From Halalkalibacterium halodurans (lineage in GTDB: Bacteria; Bacillota; Bacilli; Bacillales; Bacillaceae_D), in assembly GCF_004376175.1 (NCBI RefSeq), contig NZ_SNUY01000012.1, positions 48,035 through 80,034 of the forward strand: a stretch of 32,000 nt of DNA, written 5' to 3'. The notes below the pieces were generated by a model that saw nothing but the letters and a program-made list of their open reading frames with translations, had not been told where the DNA came from and did not search any database. Within the stretch, counting starts at the first letter, position 1. Every line of letters starts with the position of its first letter. The translations under genes were made by a program, and so were the position numbers. This document shows positions 8,996 through 19,424 of this stretch, one piece after another.

Positions 8996-9473
8996 TACTT
9001 TTTTAGTTTTCGAAAAAAATCTGTATCAAGAAGTTGAGGAAAGTCATAGCGAATTTGTAGATAAACAGCTGATGTACATGGACTTAGCGACAAAGGAAGT
9101 CGTGAATCTCGACCTCCCGTTTGAACTAGATGAAGATAAAATCGTGCACCTTGAAAACGATACCCTTTACTTGCTCTCTTTAGCAGAGAAGCAATTGATG
9201 ATCGAAGGATTCAATCTAGTGACAGAGGAGGTATTAGAAAAGACGATTGACATGCCACTTTTATCAAATGTGACGATCAACAATTACGTTATGGCACTCT
9301 CTGGCCAAAAGGTATACCTCACTCGGTCCAATCCTAATGAAAATAGAGGGGCTCCGATCACTGTTATCGACTTTTTAACAGAGAATATGCTGTTTGAAGG
9401 CACAATCGAGCCAAAGCAAGAGATAGGCAACCACTATAAGCTTACCTTTTACAACATGAATGTTCGAAATTAA
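8996..9473 (+). pseudogene. C-terminal fragment (157 native codons) of the IS-disrupted gene
   Basis: Track ORF 8982..9473 begins at an ATG inside the IS terminal repeat. Deleting the IS and one TACTT copy joins ...CCT ACT | TTT TTA GTT... in frame (..QPT-FLVFEKN..), giving one 386-codon ORF. Confidence 0.8.
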
Positions 9474-9480
9474 AAAGATA

Positions 9481-9516
9481 AAAAAACACGGTGCTAAAAT
9501 AGCAACCGTGTTTTTT
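9481..9516. terminator. Bidirectional rho-independent terminator between the disrupted gene and pdhD
   Basis: AAAAAACACGGTGCT-aaaat-AGCAACCGTGTTTTTT: a GC-containing stem with an A-run on one side and a T-run on the other, placed between convergent genes. Confidence 0.8.
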
Positions 9517-9527
9517 ACCGTTAGCGG

Positions 9528-10937
9528 TTATTTTACGATGTGAATCGGTGTTCCAAGTGCTACTTCTGCAGCTTCCATCGTAATTTCGCCTAAAGATGGA
9601 TGGGCATGAATCGTAAGAGCAATATCCTCAGCCGTCATACCAGTTTCAATCGCAAGGCCAAGCTCTGCAATCATATCAGAAGCATTCGGACCGGCAATTT
9701 GTGCACCAATGACGAGGCCATCTTCTTTACGAGTAATGAGCTTCATGAAACCATCTGCATCATTTAGAGACAACGCTCTTCCGTTTGCAGCAAACGGGAA
9801 TTTTGCAGCTGTTACATCATAGCCAGCTTCCTTCGCTTCTGTCTCAGTATAGCCAACCGTAGCGAGCTCTGGGTCAGAGAATACAACGGCTGGAATCGCC
9901 AAGTAATCAATTTCTGACTTTTCCCCGGCAATCGCTTCTGCAGCGATTTTCCCTTCGTAGGAAGCTTTATGTGCTAGTGCAGGTCCTGCAATGACGTCGC
10001 CGATCGCATAAATGTTGCTTAAGTTCGTACGACATTGTTTGTCAACTTTGATCAAACCGCGCTCTGTAAGCTCGACTCCGATTTGTTCAAGACCAAGCTC
10101 ATCCGTATTTGGTTTACGACCGACAGTAACCAATACATAATCAGCTTCAAATACTTCTTCTTTGCCTTTAATTTCTGCCGTTACTTTTACGCCATCTTCT
10201 GTTTCTTCCACGCCTTTAGCCATCGCTTCTGTATGGAAAGAAACACCGTTCTTTTTCAACTTACGCTCAACAAGCTTTGCCATTTGCTTTTCAAACCCAG
10301 GTAAGATTTGTTTGCCACCTTCAAGTACAACTACATCTGAACCTAAGTTTGAATATGCACCTGTAAGCTCGATCCCGATGTAGCCACCGCCGATAACAAC
10401 AAGTTTTTTCGGAACTTCTTCTAGCGCGAGGGCACCAGTTGAATTGATAATCCGCTTTGAATATTTGAAGTTCGGTAATTCAATTGGACGAGAGCCTGTT
10501 GCGATGATGCAGTTTTTAAACTTGTATGTTGTTGCATTTTTCTCATCCATAATGCGCACAGAGTCTTCCGAAGCAAAGTAGGCCTCACCTTTAATGATTT
10601 CTACTTTATTCCCTTTAAGTAACCCTTCTACGCCACCTGTTAATTTATTTACGACAGATGCTTTCCACTCTTGAACTTTGCTGAAGTCTAATGTCACGTT
10701 TTCTGCCTTAATCCCTAAATCGTCAGAATGTAGAGCGTTGTGATAACGATGACCAGCAGAGATCAACGCCTTGGAAGGGATACAACCAACGTTTAAGCAT
10801 ACTCCCCCAAGAGTACCTTTTTCTACAATTGTTACGCTTTGTCCAAGCTGCGCTGCACGAATCGCGGCAACGTAGCCTCCTGGACCTGAACCAATGACGA
10901 GAGTATCAACTTCTTTTGCGAAATCACCTACAACCAT
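9528..10937 (-). CDS. pdhD: Dihydrolipoyl dehydrogenase, E3 of the pyruvate dehydrogenase complex
   Basis: 469 aa. FAD motif [12 protein letters not shown], redox-active disulfide [16 protein letters not shown] motif [12 protein letters not shown]-terminal HAHPSLGE. Last gene of the E1alpha-E1beta-E2-E3 cluster. Confidence 0.95.
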   Translation of the reverse strand: MVVGDFAKEVDTLVIGSGPGGYVAAIRAAQLGQSVTIVEKGTLGGVCLNVGCIPSKALISAGHRYHNALHSDDLGIKAENVTLDFSKVQEWKASVVNKLTGGVEGLLKGNKVEIIKGEAYFASEDSVRIMDEKNATTYKFKNCIIATGSRPIELPNFKYSKRIINSTGALALEEVPKKLVVIGGGYIGIELTGAYSNLGSDVVVLEGGKQILPGFEKQMAKLVERKLKKNGVSFHTEAMAKGVEETEDGVKVTAEIKGKEEVFEADYVLVTVGRKPNTDELGLEQIGVELTERGLIKVDKQCRTNLSNIYAIGDVIAGPALAHKASYEGKIAAEAIAGEKSEIDYLAIPAVVFSDPELATVGYTETEAKEAGYDVTAAKFPFAANGRALSLNDADGFMKLITRKEDGLVIGAQIAGPNASDMIAELGLAIETGMTAEDIALTIHAHPSLGEITMEAAEVALGTPIHIVK

Positions 10938-10940
10938 TCC

Positions 10941-12221
10941 TTACCCCTCCATTAACATTAATTGTGGATCGTTCAACAAACGCTTCACATGATTCAGTGC
11001 GTTTTGTGCTGTGACCCCGTCGATGAGGCGGTGATCATAGCTGATTGAAAGTGCGAGAACTGGAGCCGCTACAATTTCACCATCTTTAACAACTGGCTTC
11101 TCTTCGATTCGGCCAATTCCTAAAATCGCTACTTCTGGGTGGTTGATAATTGGCGTGAACCATTGACCACGAGCAGAACCAAGGTTTGAGATTGTGCAAG
11201 AGCCGCCCTTCATTTCAGCAGCGCTCAACTTACCATCACGTGCTTTAATCGCAAGCTCATTAATGTTGTCAGCTAATTCAAAGATCGATTTACGATCTGT
11301 GTCTTTAATGACTGGAACGACAAGTCCTTGCTCTGTGTCAGCCGCAATACCAATATTGAAGTAATGCTTGTACACAATCTCCTCGTTCACGTCGTCAATC
11401 GACGCATTAAGAACCGGATACTTCTTCAACGCAGACGTTAAAGCCTTCACAACATAAGGTAAGTATGTGAGCTTTGTCCCTTGCTCTGCTGCGATTTCTT
11501 TATACTGTTTACGATGTGCAACAAGAGCCGTAACATCCACTTCATCCATGTGGGTGACATGCGGGGCTGTATGTTTCGAGTTGACCATCGCTTTTGCGAT
11601 CGCTTTACGGATCCCTTTAAGCGGTACGCGCTCTTCCCGTTCACCAACAGGAATTTCAGTCGGCTCCACATTAGATGCTGCCGCAGGTGCCGCTGTTTCG
11701 GCTTTTTCTTCCGAAGCCTCTGCTTGAGTATCTCCACTCAAGAAAGCATCAATGTCTTCACGTAAAATGCGACCGTTTTTCCCTGTTCCCTTCACTTTCT
11801 TAATGTTTACACCTTTTTCACGAGCGTATTTACGAACAGATGGCATCGCGATGACGCGTTTGTCTTCGTCGCCGTCTTCTTCAGGTGCTGTTTCTTTTGC
11901 TGGTGCCGGCTCAGCTGGTGCTGCTTCCTCAGCTTTTTCTTCTGGTGCAGGGGCTTCTTCTGTTTCTTCCGCTCCTACTCCTTCTCCAGCATCGATCGTG
12001 ACGAGCACATCACCGACAATCGCTACTGTCCCTTCTTCTACTTTAACCTCTAAAATTTTCCCGTCAACCGGTGAAGGAATTTCTACGACTGCTTTATCGT
12101 TTTGAACTTCCAAAAGAATATCGTCTTCTTTTACTTCATCACCAGGTTTCACGAACCATTTGACAATCTCACCTTCATGAATGCCTTCCCCGATGTCAGG
12201 CAATTTAAATTCGTAAGCCAA
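10941..12221 (-). CDS. pdhC: Dihydrolipoamide acetyltransferase, E2 of the pyruvate dehydrogenase complex
   Basis: 426 aa. One lipoyl domain ([14 protein letters not shown]), an Ala/Pro/Glu-rich linker, a peripheral-subunit-binding domain ([17 protein letters not shown]) and a catalytic domain with the SYDHRLIDG active site. Confidence 0.95.
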   Translation of the reverse strand: MAYEFKLPDIGEGIHEGEIVKWFVKPGDEVKEDDILLEVQNDKAVVEIPSPVDGKILEVKVEEGTVAIVGDVLVTIDAGEGVGAEETEEAPAPEEKAEEAAPAEPAPAKETAPEEDGDEDKRVIAMPSVRKYAREKGVNIKKVKGTGKNGRILREDIDAFLSGDTQAEASEEKAETAAPAAASNVEPTEIPVGEREERVPLKGIRKAIAKAMVNSKHTAPHVTHMDEVDVTALVAHRKQYKEIAAEQGTKLTYLPYVVKALTSALKKYPVLNASIDDVNEEIVYKHYFNIGIAADTEQGLVVPVIKDTDRKSIFELADNINELAIKARDGKLSAAEMKGGSCTISNLGSARGQWFTPIINHPEVAILGIGRIEEKPVVKDGEIVAAPVLALSISYDHRLIDGVTAQNALNHVKRLLNDPQLMLMEG

Positions 12222-12308
12222 TCCAAGCGCCTCCTTTTTTAATCCTATTCTTCTTATGAGGAGAGAAGGAAGACCGTAGTCACCCTTCTTTCCTTGACCG
12301 TATCTGAA

Positions 12309-13286
12309 TTAAAATTCAATGACTGCTTTTGCTTTTTCAACAATATCTTTGAAATCAGGAAGCCATACATCTTCCGCTGCTGCAAACGGATAAACCGTAT
12401 CTGGCGCAGAAACACGCATGATCGGTGCTTCCAAATGAAGGATGGCACGTTCTTGGATTTCTGAAGCTACATGAGCACCAATCCCAGCTTGTTTTTGAGC
12501 CTCTTGTACAACGATCACTCGGCTTGTCTTTTTCACAGATTCTAAAATCGTATCGATGTCAATAGGACTGATTGTTCTCAGGTCAATGACCTCGGCACTA
12601 ATGCCTTCTTTTTCAAGCTCTTCTGCCGCTTTTAGAGAAGAGTGAACCATTGCGCCATACGTAATAATAGAAACATCTTTTCCTTCGCGCTTCACATCAG
12701 CTTTACCAAGTGGAATTGTGTACTCCTCTTCCGGAACTTCCGCACGGAAAGAGCGGTATAACTTCATATGCTCTAGGTAGATAACTGGATCATTGTCACG
12801 AATCGCAGAAATCAATAACCCTTTTGCATCATATGGAGTTGACGGAATCACAACTTTTACACCTGGTGTCTGTGCCATTAAACCTTCTAAGTTATCGGCG
12901 TGAAGTTCAGGTGTTTTTACCCCTCCACCAAACGGAGAGCGGACCGTAATTGGCGAATGATACTTGCCACCTGAACGATATCGCATTCTCGCCATTTGTC
13001 CAGCAACCGAATCAAATACTTCAAATACAAAACCGAAAAATTGAACTTCCATGACTGGGCGGAAGCCTGTTAATCCTAGACCGATCGCTAGGCCCCCAAT
13101 TCCAGACTCAGCAAGTGGTGTATCGAATACACGGTCTTCGCCAAATTCCTTTTGAAGCCCTTCAGTAGCACGGAAGACACCACCGTTTTGGCCTACGTCT
13201 TCACCAAAAACGAGAACATTCTCGTCACGTTTTAGCTCATTACGCATCGCATCCGTAATCGCTTGGATCATTGTCATTTGCGCCAT
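12309..13286 (-). CDS. pdhB: Pyruvate dehydrogenase E1 beta subunit
   Basis: 325 aa. Typical transketolase-like pyrimidine-binding and C-terminal domains ([13 protein letters not shown]..., [10 protein letters not shown]), positioned between E1alpha and E2. Confidence 0.95.
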   Translation of the reverse strand: MAQMTMIQAITDAMRNELKRDENVLVFGEDVGQNGGVFRATEGLQKEFGEDRVFDTPLAESGIGGLAIGLGLTGFRPVMEVQFFGFVFEVFDSVAGQMARMRYRSGGKYHSPITVRSPFGGGVKTPELHADNLEGLMAQTPGVKVVIPSTPYDAKGLLISAIRDNDPVIYLEHMKLYRSFRAEVPEEEYTIPLGKADVKREGKDVSIITYGAMVHSSLKAAEELEKEGISAEVIDLRTISPIDIDTILESVKKTSRVIVVQEAQKQAGIGAHVASEIQERAILHLEAPIMRVSAPDTVYPFAAAEDVWLPDFKDIVEKAKAVIEF

Positions 13287-13289
13287 AGG

Positions 13290-14381
<1,092 letters not shown>

Positions 14382-14756
14382 TCACCTCTTCCTTTCAAAT
14401 GAAAATATCTGACGATTAAAACCATTTATCGATGATTGTCGTTTTTTTAAACTCCTTACATAGAATACCCATTCCCTGTCCCTACATAACCTTAATCATT
14501 CGAGGGATAGGTATTGAAGGTGGCTTTAATTGTCAGCTTTGACGCATTAACATGGATATCACGTTAATTAGAAAACTGTATTAGTCATCTTTTCGAGAAA
14601 ATAATACAATTTATCTTCCGTTGATAAGTCTACATCAACGGATAGAAATTCGTCAATCCTTTTGCATTATCTATCTGAATCCACTTTCATGAAACCATGT
14701 TAAAAAACCTTACTGTTATATATCAACTTCACATCAATTATAGTACAGTTCTCATG

Positions 14757-14800
14757 ACGAAAAAGCTCAACGTCCAGTTTAATATTGGACGTTGAGCTTT
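14757..14800 (-). terminator. Rho-independent terminator overlapping the ykyA-like stop codon
   Basis: 15-bp perfect stem AAAGCTCAACGTCCA (14762-14776) / TGGACGTTGAGCTTT (14786-14800), followed on the minus strand by TTTTCG. Confidence 0.8.
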
Positions 14801-15423
14801 GTTCCGTTATAAAATTCCCGTTTCTGTTCATTGTATTCTTTTGTTCGTTCATTAAATTCGCTCTTTGCCTCATTGATTTGTTCATATTTAGCATTTATAC
14901 GTTCAATTTGCTCCTGCAACGACTCGATCGAAGTCGACTCATCCTTTAGCATTTCATAGAGCTGACGGTCCAACTCAATCCCCGCTACATAATCTGCCGC
15001 AATCGTTTCATATAGATGATATCGCTCACTCATCGTCTTCATCATTTCTTCAAGCAATGCTTTCATATCTGGATCTTTATATTTTTCCACATAGCTCTCA
15101 ATGTTCTTAAACGCTTCGTAACTTGCAGTCATGCTTTCTTTCTCCAAGGCGATGATTTCTTCCCGTCTATAGGTTTGTTCGATTGCCTCAGCAGCTAACG
15201 CCTCTATCTCTTCTTTTTCCCCTACATTTTGGGAAATTAACGCTTCATACCGTTCATATTCTTCCTTTTCTGCAAGCCTTAAAGGAGCTTGTTGTTCTAA
15301 AAAGCCTTTCTCTAGTTCAACTGCCGCCTCTAAATGTTCGTGAATTTTTTCATCTGTTTTCCCGCAAGCCGTTAAGGCCGTGATAACCAAAATGATGAAT
15401 GCCCACCGCAAATACGTTTGCAA
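14779..15423 (-). CDS. ykyA: YkyA-family putative cell-wall-binding lipoprotein
   Basis: 214 aa. Signal peptide and lipobox AFIILVITALTAC, then a Glu/Lys-rich helical protein. It sits immediately upstream of pdhA, as ykyA does in B. subtilis (synteny recalled from memory). Confidence 0.75.
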   Translation of the reverse strand: MQTYLRWAFIILVITALTACGKTDEKIHEHLEAAVELEKGFLEQQAPLRLAEKEEYERYEALISQNVGEKEEIEALAAEAIEQTYRREEIIALEKESMTASYEAFKNIESYVEKYKDPDMKALLEEMMKTMSERYHLYETIAADYVAGIELDRQLYEMLKDESTSIESLQEQIERINAKYEQINEAKSEFNERTKEYNEQKREFYNGTKLNVQY

Positions 15424-15635
15424 ATGAATGCCCCCTTATACAACTTGTCCCACATAATCACAATTGTTGATCTCATCATGAAGCAAGATGACACACTTTA
15501 GATTGATACATGTGTATGAGCAAAAAAGCACAGTTATGATTTCTTTTTCTGGGCATCCGTCCAACCAATCATGTAATTACCGCATATGTTGTAGGGAATC
15601 GCCCTAAAGCGATAATCAAAGGAGGTAATGACTCA

Positions 15636-15848
15636 ATGTACGGATATGGTTTTGATGGATGCTTTGATCCTTGCGGTTATGGCGCTGGTGCACCAGTTGC
15701 CGGAGTCGGTTACGGCGCTCCTGTTGGAGTAGGCTATTGCTCACCAGTAGCAGGCGTTGGTTACGGGCCAGGAAAAGGCTTTGCTTTAATTGTGGTTCTG
15801 TTCATTTTATTGATCATCGTTGGCGCGTCAAAATTTGGCGTATATTAA
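15636..15848 (+). CDS. YjcZ-family small sporulation membrane peptide (Gly/Tyr-rich)
   Basis: 70 aa. Gly/Tyr/Cys-rich N-terminus with repeated VAGVGYG units, then [17 protein letters not shown], the hydrophobic signature I recall for YjcZ-like peptides. Strong SD AAAGGAGG 9 nt upstream, with its own terminator. Confidence 0.75.
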   Translation: MYGYGFDGCFDPCGYGAGAPVAGVGYGAPVGVGYCSPVAGVGYGPGKGFALIVVLFILLIIVGASKFGVY

Positions 15849-15862
15849 AACGACGATTTCGC

Positions 15863-15894
15863 AAAGGAGGCCTCCCCCTAGGTCTCCTTTTTTA
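15863..15894 (+). terminator. Rho-independent terminator after the YjcZ-like gene
   Basis: 10-bp stem AAAGGAGGCC (15863-15872) / GGTCTCCTTT (15881-15890, one G-U pair), then TTTT. Confidence 0.75.
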
Positions 15895-15962
15895 TGCATT
15901 TACTTGAATTCTGATGAATTTGACTCTAAAGTAAGAATGAAGAGAAAAAGGAGTGATACATA

Positions 15963-16511
15963 GTGTTGACGATGAAGGACATTGTTCGCGAAGGGAACCC
16001 TGTACTGCGAGAAGTCGCTAAACCTGTGCCTGTACCGCTTTCTGATGAAGACAAACAAACCGCCAAGCGAATGCTTGAGTTTTTAATAAACAGCCAAAAT
16101 CCTGAAATCGCGGAGAAATATTCGTTGCGACCAGGAGTTGGGTTAGCCGCGCCTCAAATCGGTTTAAGCAAACAAATGATCGCTGTTCATACAACCGATG
16201 AAAATGAAAAGGAATATAGTCTAGTCCTCTTTAACCCGAAAATCATTAGCGAATCGGTGGAAATGACCCACCTTGAAGGAGGAGAGGGCTGCTTATCGGT
16301 TGACCGTGAAGTACAAGGGATCGTACCAAGACATGCACGAATTACGGTAAAAGCTATTAATGAGAACAATGAAGAAGTACGTCTGAAATTAAAAGGATTT
16401 CCTGCCATCGTGTTTCAACACGAAATTGATCATCTAAACGGGATTATGTTTTACGATCGAATTGAGGGTTGGGTGGATCCTTATAAAAGGGAAATCAATC
16501 CGAGCCTATAA
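15963..16511 (+). CDS. defB: Peptide deformylase (DefB/YkrB type)
   Basis: 182 aa. Metal and active-site motifs [13 protein letters not shown] and HEIDHLNG. The N-terminus [17 protein letters not shown] parallels B. subtilis YkrB as I recall it. GTG 15963 lies 9 nt after AAGGAG. Confidence 0.9.
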   Translation: MLTMKDIVREGNPVLREVAKPVPVPLSDEDKQTAKRMLEFLINSQNPEIAEKYSLRPGVGLAAPQIGLSKQMIAVHTTDENEKEYSLVLFNPKIISESVEMTHLEGGEGCLSVDREVQGIVPRHARITVKAINENNEEVRLKLKGFPAIVFQHEIDHLNGIMFYDRIEGWVDPYKREINPSL

Positions 16512-16573
16512 TTACTGAACCCTATTTTAAATAACGGAAGGGGCTGGGACAAAACCCCAGGAAATAAAAAAAT

Positions 16574-16621
16574 AAGGCGTAGGAGCTTACACTAAAAAGT
16601 GTAGGCTTCACGCCTTTTTAT
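16574..16621 (+). terminator. Strong hairpin plus T-run inside the IS1182 left end, upstream of the transposase
   Basis: AAGGCGT-agg-AGCTTACACT-aaaa-AGTGTAGGCT-tc-ACGCCTT, followed by TTTATT. That is 7+10 bp, with an A-run on the 5' side. Confidence 0.65.
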
Positions 16622-16698
16622 TCGTATTTTGTGTAAACCAAAAGGACACCTTTTGATAAAATTAAAGTGACTAAACAATAATTTTTGGAGGTGTCCTT

Positions 16699-18357
16699 AT
16701 GTTTAAACAGTATACCATGAATCAAATTGTTTTGCCGCTAGATTTAGAAATAAAATTACAAGAAAATGATATTGCTTTTGCGATTAATGACCTTGTAGAG
16801 AGCATACCAGAGGAAGCATTCAAAGATTTCTTACGCCAAACTGGACGTCCTGCCTATCATCCTCGTATGATGTTAAAAGTTATTTTGTGTGGGTATACAC
16901 AATCTGTGTTTTCTGGTCGTAAGATAGAAGCGTTGCTCCAAGACAGTATTCGGATGATGTGGTTAGCCCAAGGAAATGAGCCGAGCTATCGGACGATTAA
17001 TCGTTTCCGTTCCAATCCACTTATTGAAAAATTACTGCGCGAATGTTTTGTCCAATTCCGTAATCAACTCGTGGAAAAGGAGTTGATTGAAGAAGAAGCA
17101 ATTTTTATTGATGGTACGAAGATTGAAGCGAACGCAAACAAATTTACCTTTGTATGGAGAAAATCCGTCGAACAATATAGTGAAAAATTAATAGAAAAGT
17201 CCAACCAACTGTATGATGAATTATTGGAAAAGGAAATTATCCCAGCGATAGAACGAGAAAGTAAAGAAGAACTAACCGTTAAAGAAATGGAAGAAGTGGT
17301 CAAAAAGTTAGACGAAACAGTCAGCGAATATGATAAAAAAATTGAAGCTTGTGAGGTCGGCAGTGAACGGAAGAACATTCGCGCTGAACGTAAAGCACCA
17401 AAACAAGCTCGTAAGCAGTTCATGGATTTCATTGCTCGTAAACAAAAGTATCAAAAAGATATGGAGACTTTCGGCGAACGCAATAGCTATTCAAAAACTG
17501 ATCCTGATGCGACGTTTATGCGGATGAAGGACGATTACATGAAGAACGGTCAATTGAAAGCTGGTTATAATGTACAACTTGCGACAGAAGGTCAATACGC
17601 ACTCGCTTACGATGTTTTTCCAAATCCAACAGATACACGCACCTTGATTCCATTTCTTCAAACGATAGAAGATTTCTTCGAATTACCAGAATATATCGTT
17701 GCAGATGCAGGATACGGAAGCGAACAGAACTATGAAGAAATCATTGAGAATCGAAATCGAACGCCACTTATTACATACAATCAGTATCGAAAGGAAAAGA
17801 AAAGGAAACACAAAGACAATGCTTTTCATGTAGACAATTGGGATTATAATGAGGAAGAGGACGCTTTCCGATGTCCAAATGGTCAAAAAGTATGGTTTAG
17901 CCATCAGTCCAAACGAACAGACAGGTACGGATTCACACGGGAATTTAAAGTGTACGAATGTGAAGATTGTTCAGGCTGTCCATTCCGCGAACTGTGCACG
18001 AAAGCAAAAGAAGGCAACAATCGAAAAGTCTACATTAATGAAAAGTGGGAATCTCAAAAAGAAAATATACGTATGAAGCTTTCAGACGAGAAAACTGGTG
18101 AAATTTACAGGAAACGAAAAGTTGAAGTAGAACCAGTGTTCGGTTTTCTGAAGGCTAATTTGGGTTTCACTCGAATGTCCGTCAGAGGCAAAGATAAAGT
18201 GAAAAATGAATTGGGGTTTGCATTTATGGCCGTGAACTTGAGAAAGTACACGGCCACGAACGGTGACATAGGGCCAGGAAATAAGAAAAACTCCACAAAA
18301 AAGGTTCCAAGCACTTATTATTTGCTTGGAACCTTTTTACTTACTATTTTTGGCTAG
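16699..18357 (+). CDS. IS1182-family DDE transposase
   Basis: 552 aa. N-terminal block GRPAYHPRMMLKVILCGYTQSVFSGRKIEALLQDSIRMMWLAQGNEPSYRTINRFR is characteristic of IS1182/IS5-like transposases. DDE candidates lie in IFIDGTKIEANAN, IVADAGYGSE and VEPVFGFLK. A Cys cluster (CPNG...CEDCSGCPFRELC) is present. Confidence 0.88.
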   Translation: MFKQYTMNQIVLPLDLEIKLQENDIAFAINDLVESIPEEAFKDFLRQTGRPAYHPRMMLKVILCGYTQSVFSGRKIEALLQDSIRMMWLAQGNEPSYRTINRFRSNPLIEKLLRECFVQFRNQLVEKELIEEEAIFIDGTKIEANANKFTFVWRKSVEQYSEKLIEKSNQLYDELLEKEIIPAIERESKEELTVKEMEEVVKKLDETVSEYDKKIEACEVGSERKNIRAERKAPKQARKQFMDFIARKQKYQKDMETFGERNSYSKTDPDATFMRMKDDYMKNGQLKAGYNVQLATEGQYALAYDVFPNPTDTRTLIPFLQTIEDFFELPEYIVADAGYGSEQNYEEIIENRNRTPLITYNQYRKEKKRKHKDNAFHVDNWDYNEEEDAFRCPNGQKVWFSHQSKRTDRYGFTREFKVYECEDCSGCPFRELCTKAKEGNNRKVYINEKWESQKENIRMKLSDEKTGEIYRKRKVEVEPVFGFLKANLGFTRMSVRGKDKVKNELGFAFMAVNLRKYTATNGDIGPGNKKNSTKKVPSTYYLLGTFLLTIFG

Positions 18358-18384
18358 TTTTGTCCCAGCCTCTTCTTGTTTTAT

Positions 18385-19158
18385 TTATAATAAGCCGACT
18401 AATTTCAATCCATGATAAATGCCATCTTCTTCTACTCGCTTCGTCACTAGGTTGGCACGAGCTTTTACTTGTTCAAGGCCGTTCCCCATGGCGATTCCCG
18501 TGCCTACAAATTGAAGCATTTCTAAATCGTTTAATGCATCACCAAAGGCAAACGCCTGCTCAGGTCCTACTTTCAAATGCTCAAGCAATCGGCCAATACC
18601 CACGGCTTTTGAGCCACCTTGAGGAATGACATCAATCGAGTAGCGATGCCACCGAACATAATCAAAGTGTTGGTGATTTTCTTCATAGCGTTTTTCCTCA
18701 CCGTCCTGACAAAAAAGGAGCGCTTGATAAATGTCACGATCTTTGTAAAACTCCGGTTCGTATTCAGGATACGGTAGCTTTAAACTCGCGATGCTCTCAT
18801 CAATGTGAGGATGATTCAATTCATTTGACTTTGCTGTTTCATGGTTAAGAAATACCATTGGGTGATTGTTTTCTTTCGCAAATGCATCTAAACGAGTTAA
18901 TTGTTCCTGCGTCAGCGGTGAAGTAGCCACAACTTCCCCTTCAAATACTACATAAGAACCATTAAAGCTTACAAACGAACGGATGTTGAGCTCTTCTGCA
19001 AGCTCCTTAAACATGAATGGTGCTCTGCCAGTGGCAATTGCCACATGCACCCCTTTTTGCTGCAACGAAAAAATAGCCTCTTTCGCGGAGGATGGTAGCT
19101 CTTTCTCTTCTGTTAATAGCGTTCCATCAATATCAAAAAAAACAACTTTGTCACTCAT
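18385..19158 (-). CDS. ykrA: Cof-type HAD-IIB family phosphatase
   Basis: 257 aa. Motif I FFDIDGTL, motif II ATGR, motif IV FGDALNDLEML. Adjacent and convergent to def, as I recall for ykrA/ykrB in B. subtilis; the symbol is by synteny only. Confidence 0.8.
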   Translation of the reverse strand: MSDKVVFFDIDGTLLTEEKELPSSAKEAIFSLQQKGVHVAIATGRAPFMFKELAEELNIRSFVSFNGSYVVFEGEVVATSPLTQEQLTRLDAFAKENNHPMVFLNHETAKSNELNHPHIDESIASLKLPYPEYEPEFYKDRDIYQALLFCQDGEEKRYEENHQHFDYVRWHRYSIDVIPQGGSKAVGIGRLLEHLKVGPEQAFAFGDALNDLEMLQFVGTGIAMGNGLEQVKARANLVTKRVEEDGIYHGLKLVGLL

Positions 19159-19325
19159 TCGCTTTCCCTCCTACACATGTGCACTCCATTAATTACCTTA
19201 GTGATCTTCTCCCTATCCACACATACTAAATCTAAAATCAGCGAAAGATCATTCCTTTTTCATCGTACCGAAAAAAGAAGCGGAAGGAAACTGTTAAATC
19301 TTAACCTTGGAAAGGAGCGAATGAT

Positions 19326-19403
19326 ATGTTAAAAAAACTACGCAAAAAATTACGTGAAGGATGCAAAAACTTATTGCCGAAAAGTCGTCTTATTCACGTT
19401 TAA
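19326..19403 (+). CDS. Candidate 25-codon basic small ORF (hypothetical)
   Basis: MLKKLRKKLREGCKNLLPKSRLIHV. AAAGGAG lies about 7 nt upstream of ATG 19326. It is below the ORF-track length cut-off and I recognise no homology. Confidence 0.25.
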   Translation: MLKKLRKKLREGCKNLLPKSRLIHV

Positions 19404-19424
19404 AAACAATGAAGGAGGTAAAGG

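Larger units (their letters stand above)
16538..18374 (+). mobile_element. IS1182-family insertion sequence, 1837 bp
   Basis: 18-bp terminal inverted repeats with one mismatch: AAGGGGCTGGGACAAAAC (16538-16555) and GTTTTGTCCCAGCCTCTT (18357-18374). Single transposase ORF whose stop abuts the right repeat. I could not identify a target-site duplication. Confidence 0.8.

Noticed and set aside
11752-12105. 117-aa Ser/Ala-rich plus-strand ORF, plus 11467..11727 and 11481..11765
   Set aside because: These are antisense shadows of the Ala/Pro/Glu-rich linker and neighbouring parts of pdhC. The composition mirrors the GC-rich linker codons, and pdhC is unambiguous on the other strand.
12222-12308. 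11-bp stem (12259-12269 with 12284-12294, one A-C mismatch) in the pdhB-pdhC spacer
   Set aside because: No U-run follows, so it is not an intrinsic terminator. A spacer here is normal for Bacillus pdh operons, so this is at most a minor mRNA stability element.
15671-15907. 78-aa Arg-rich ORF overlapping the YjcZ-like gene in another frame
   Set aside because: It is an alternative frame of a GC-rich glycine-codon repeat. The 15636 frame has the strong SD and the YjcZ hydrophobic signature.
17064-17432. 122-aa Ser-rich minus-strand ORF inside the IS1182 transposase gene
   Set aside because: It is antisense to a Lys/Glu-rich stretch of the transposase, is low complexity, and has no SD.
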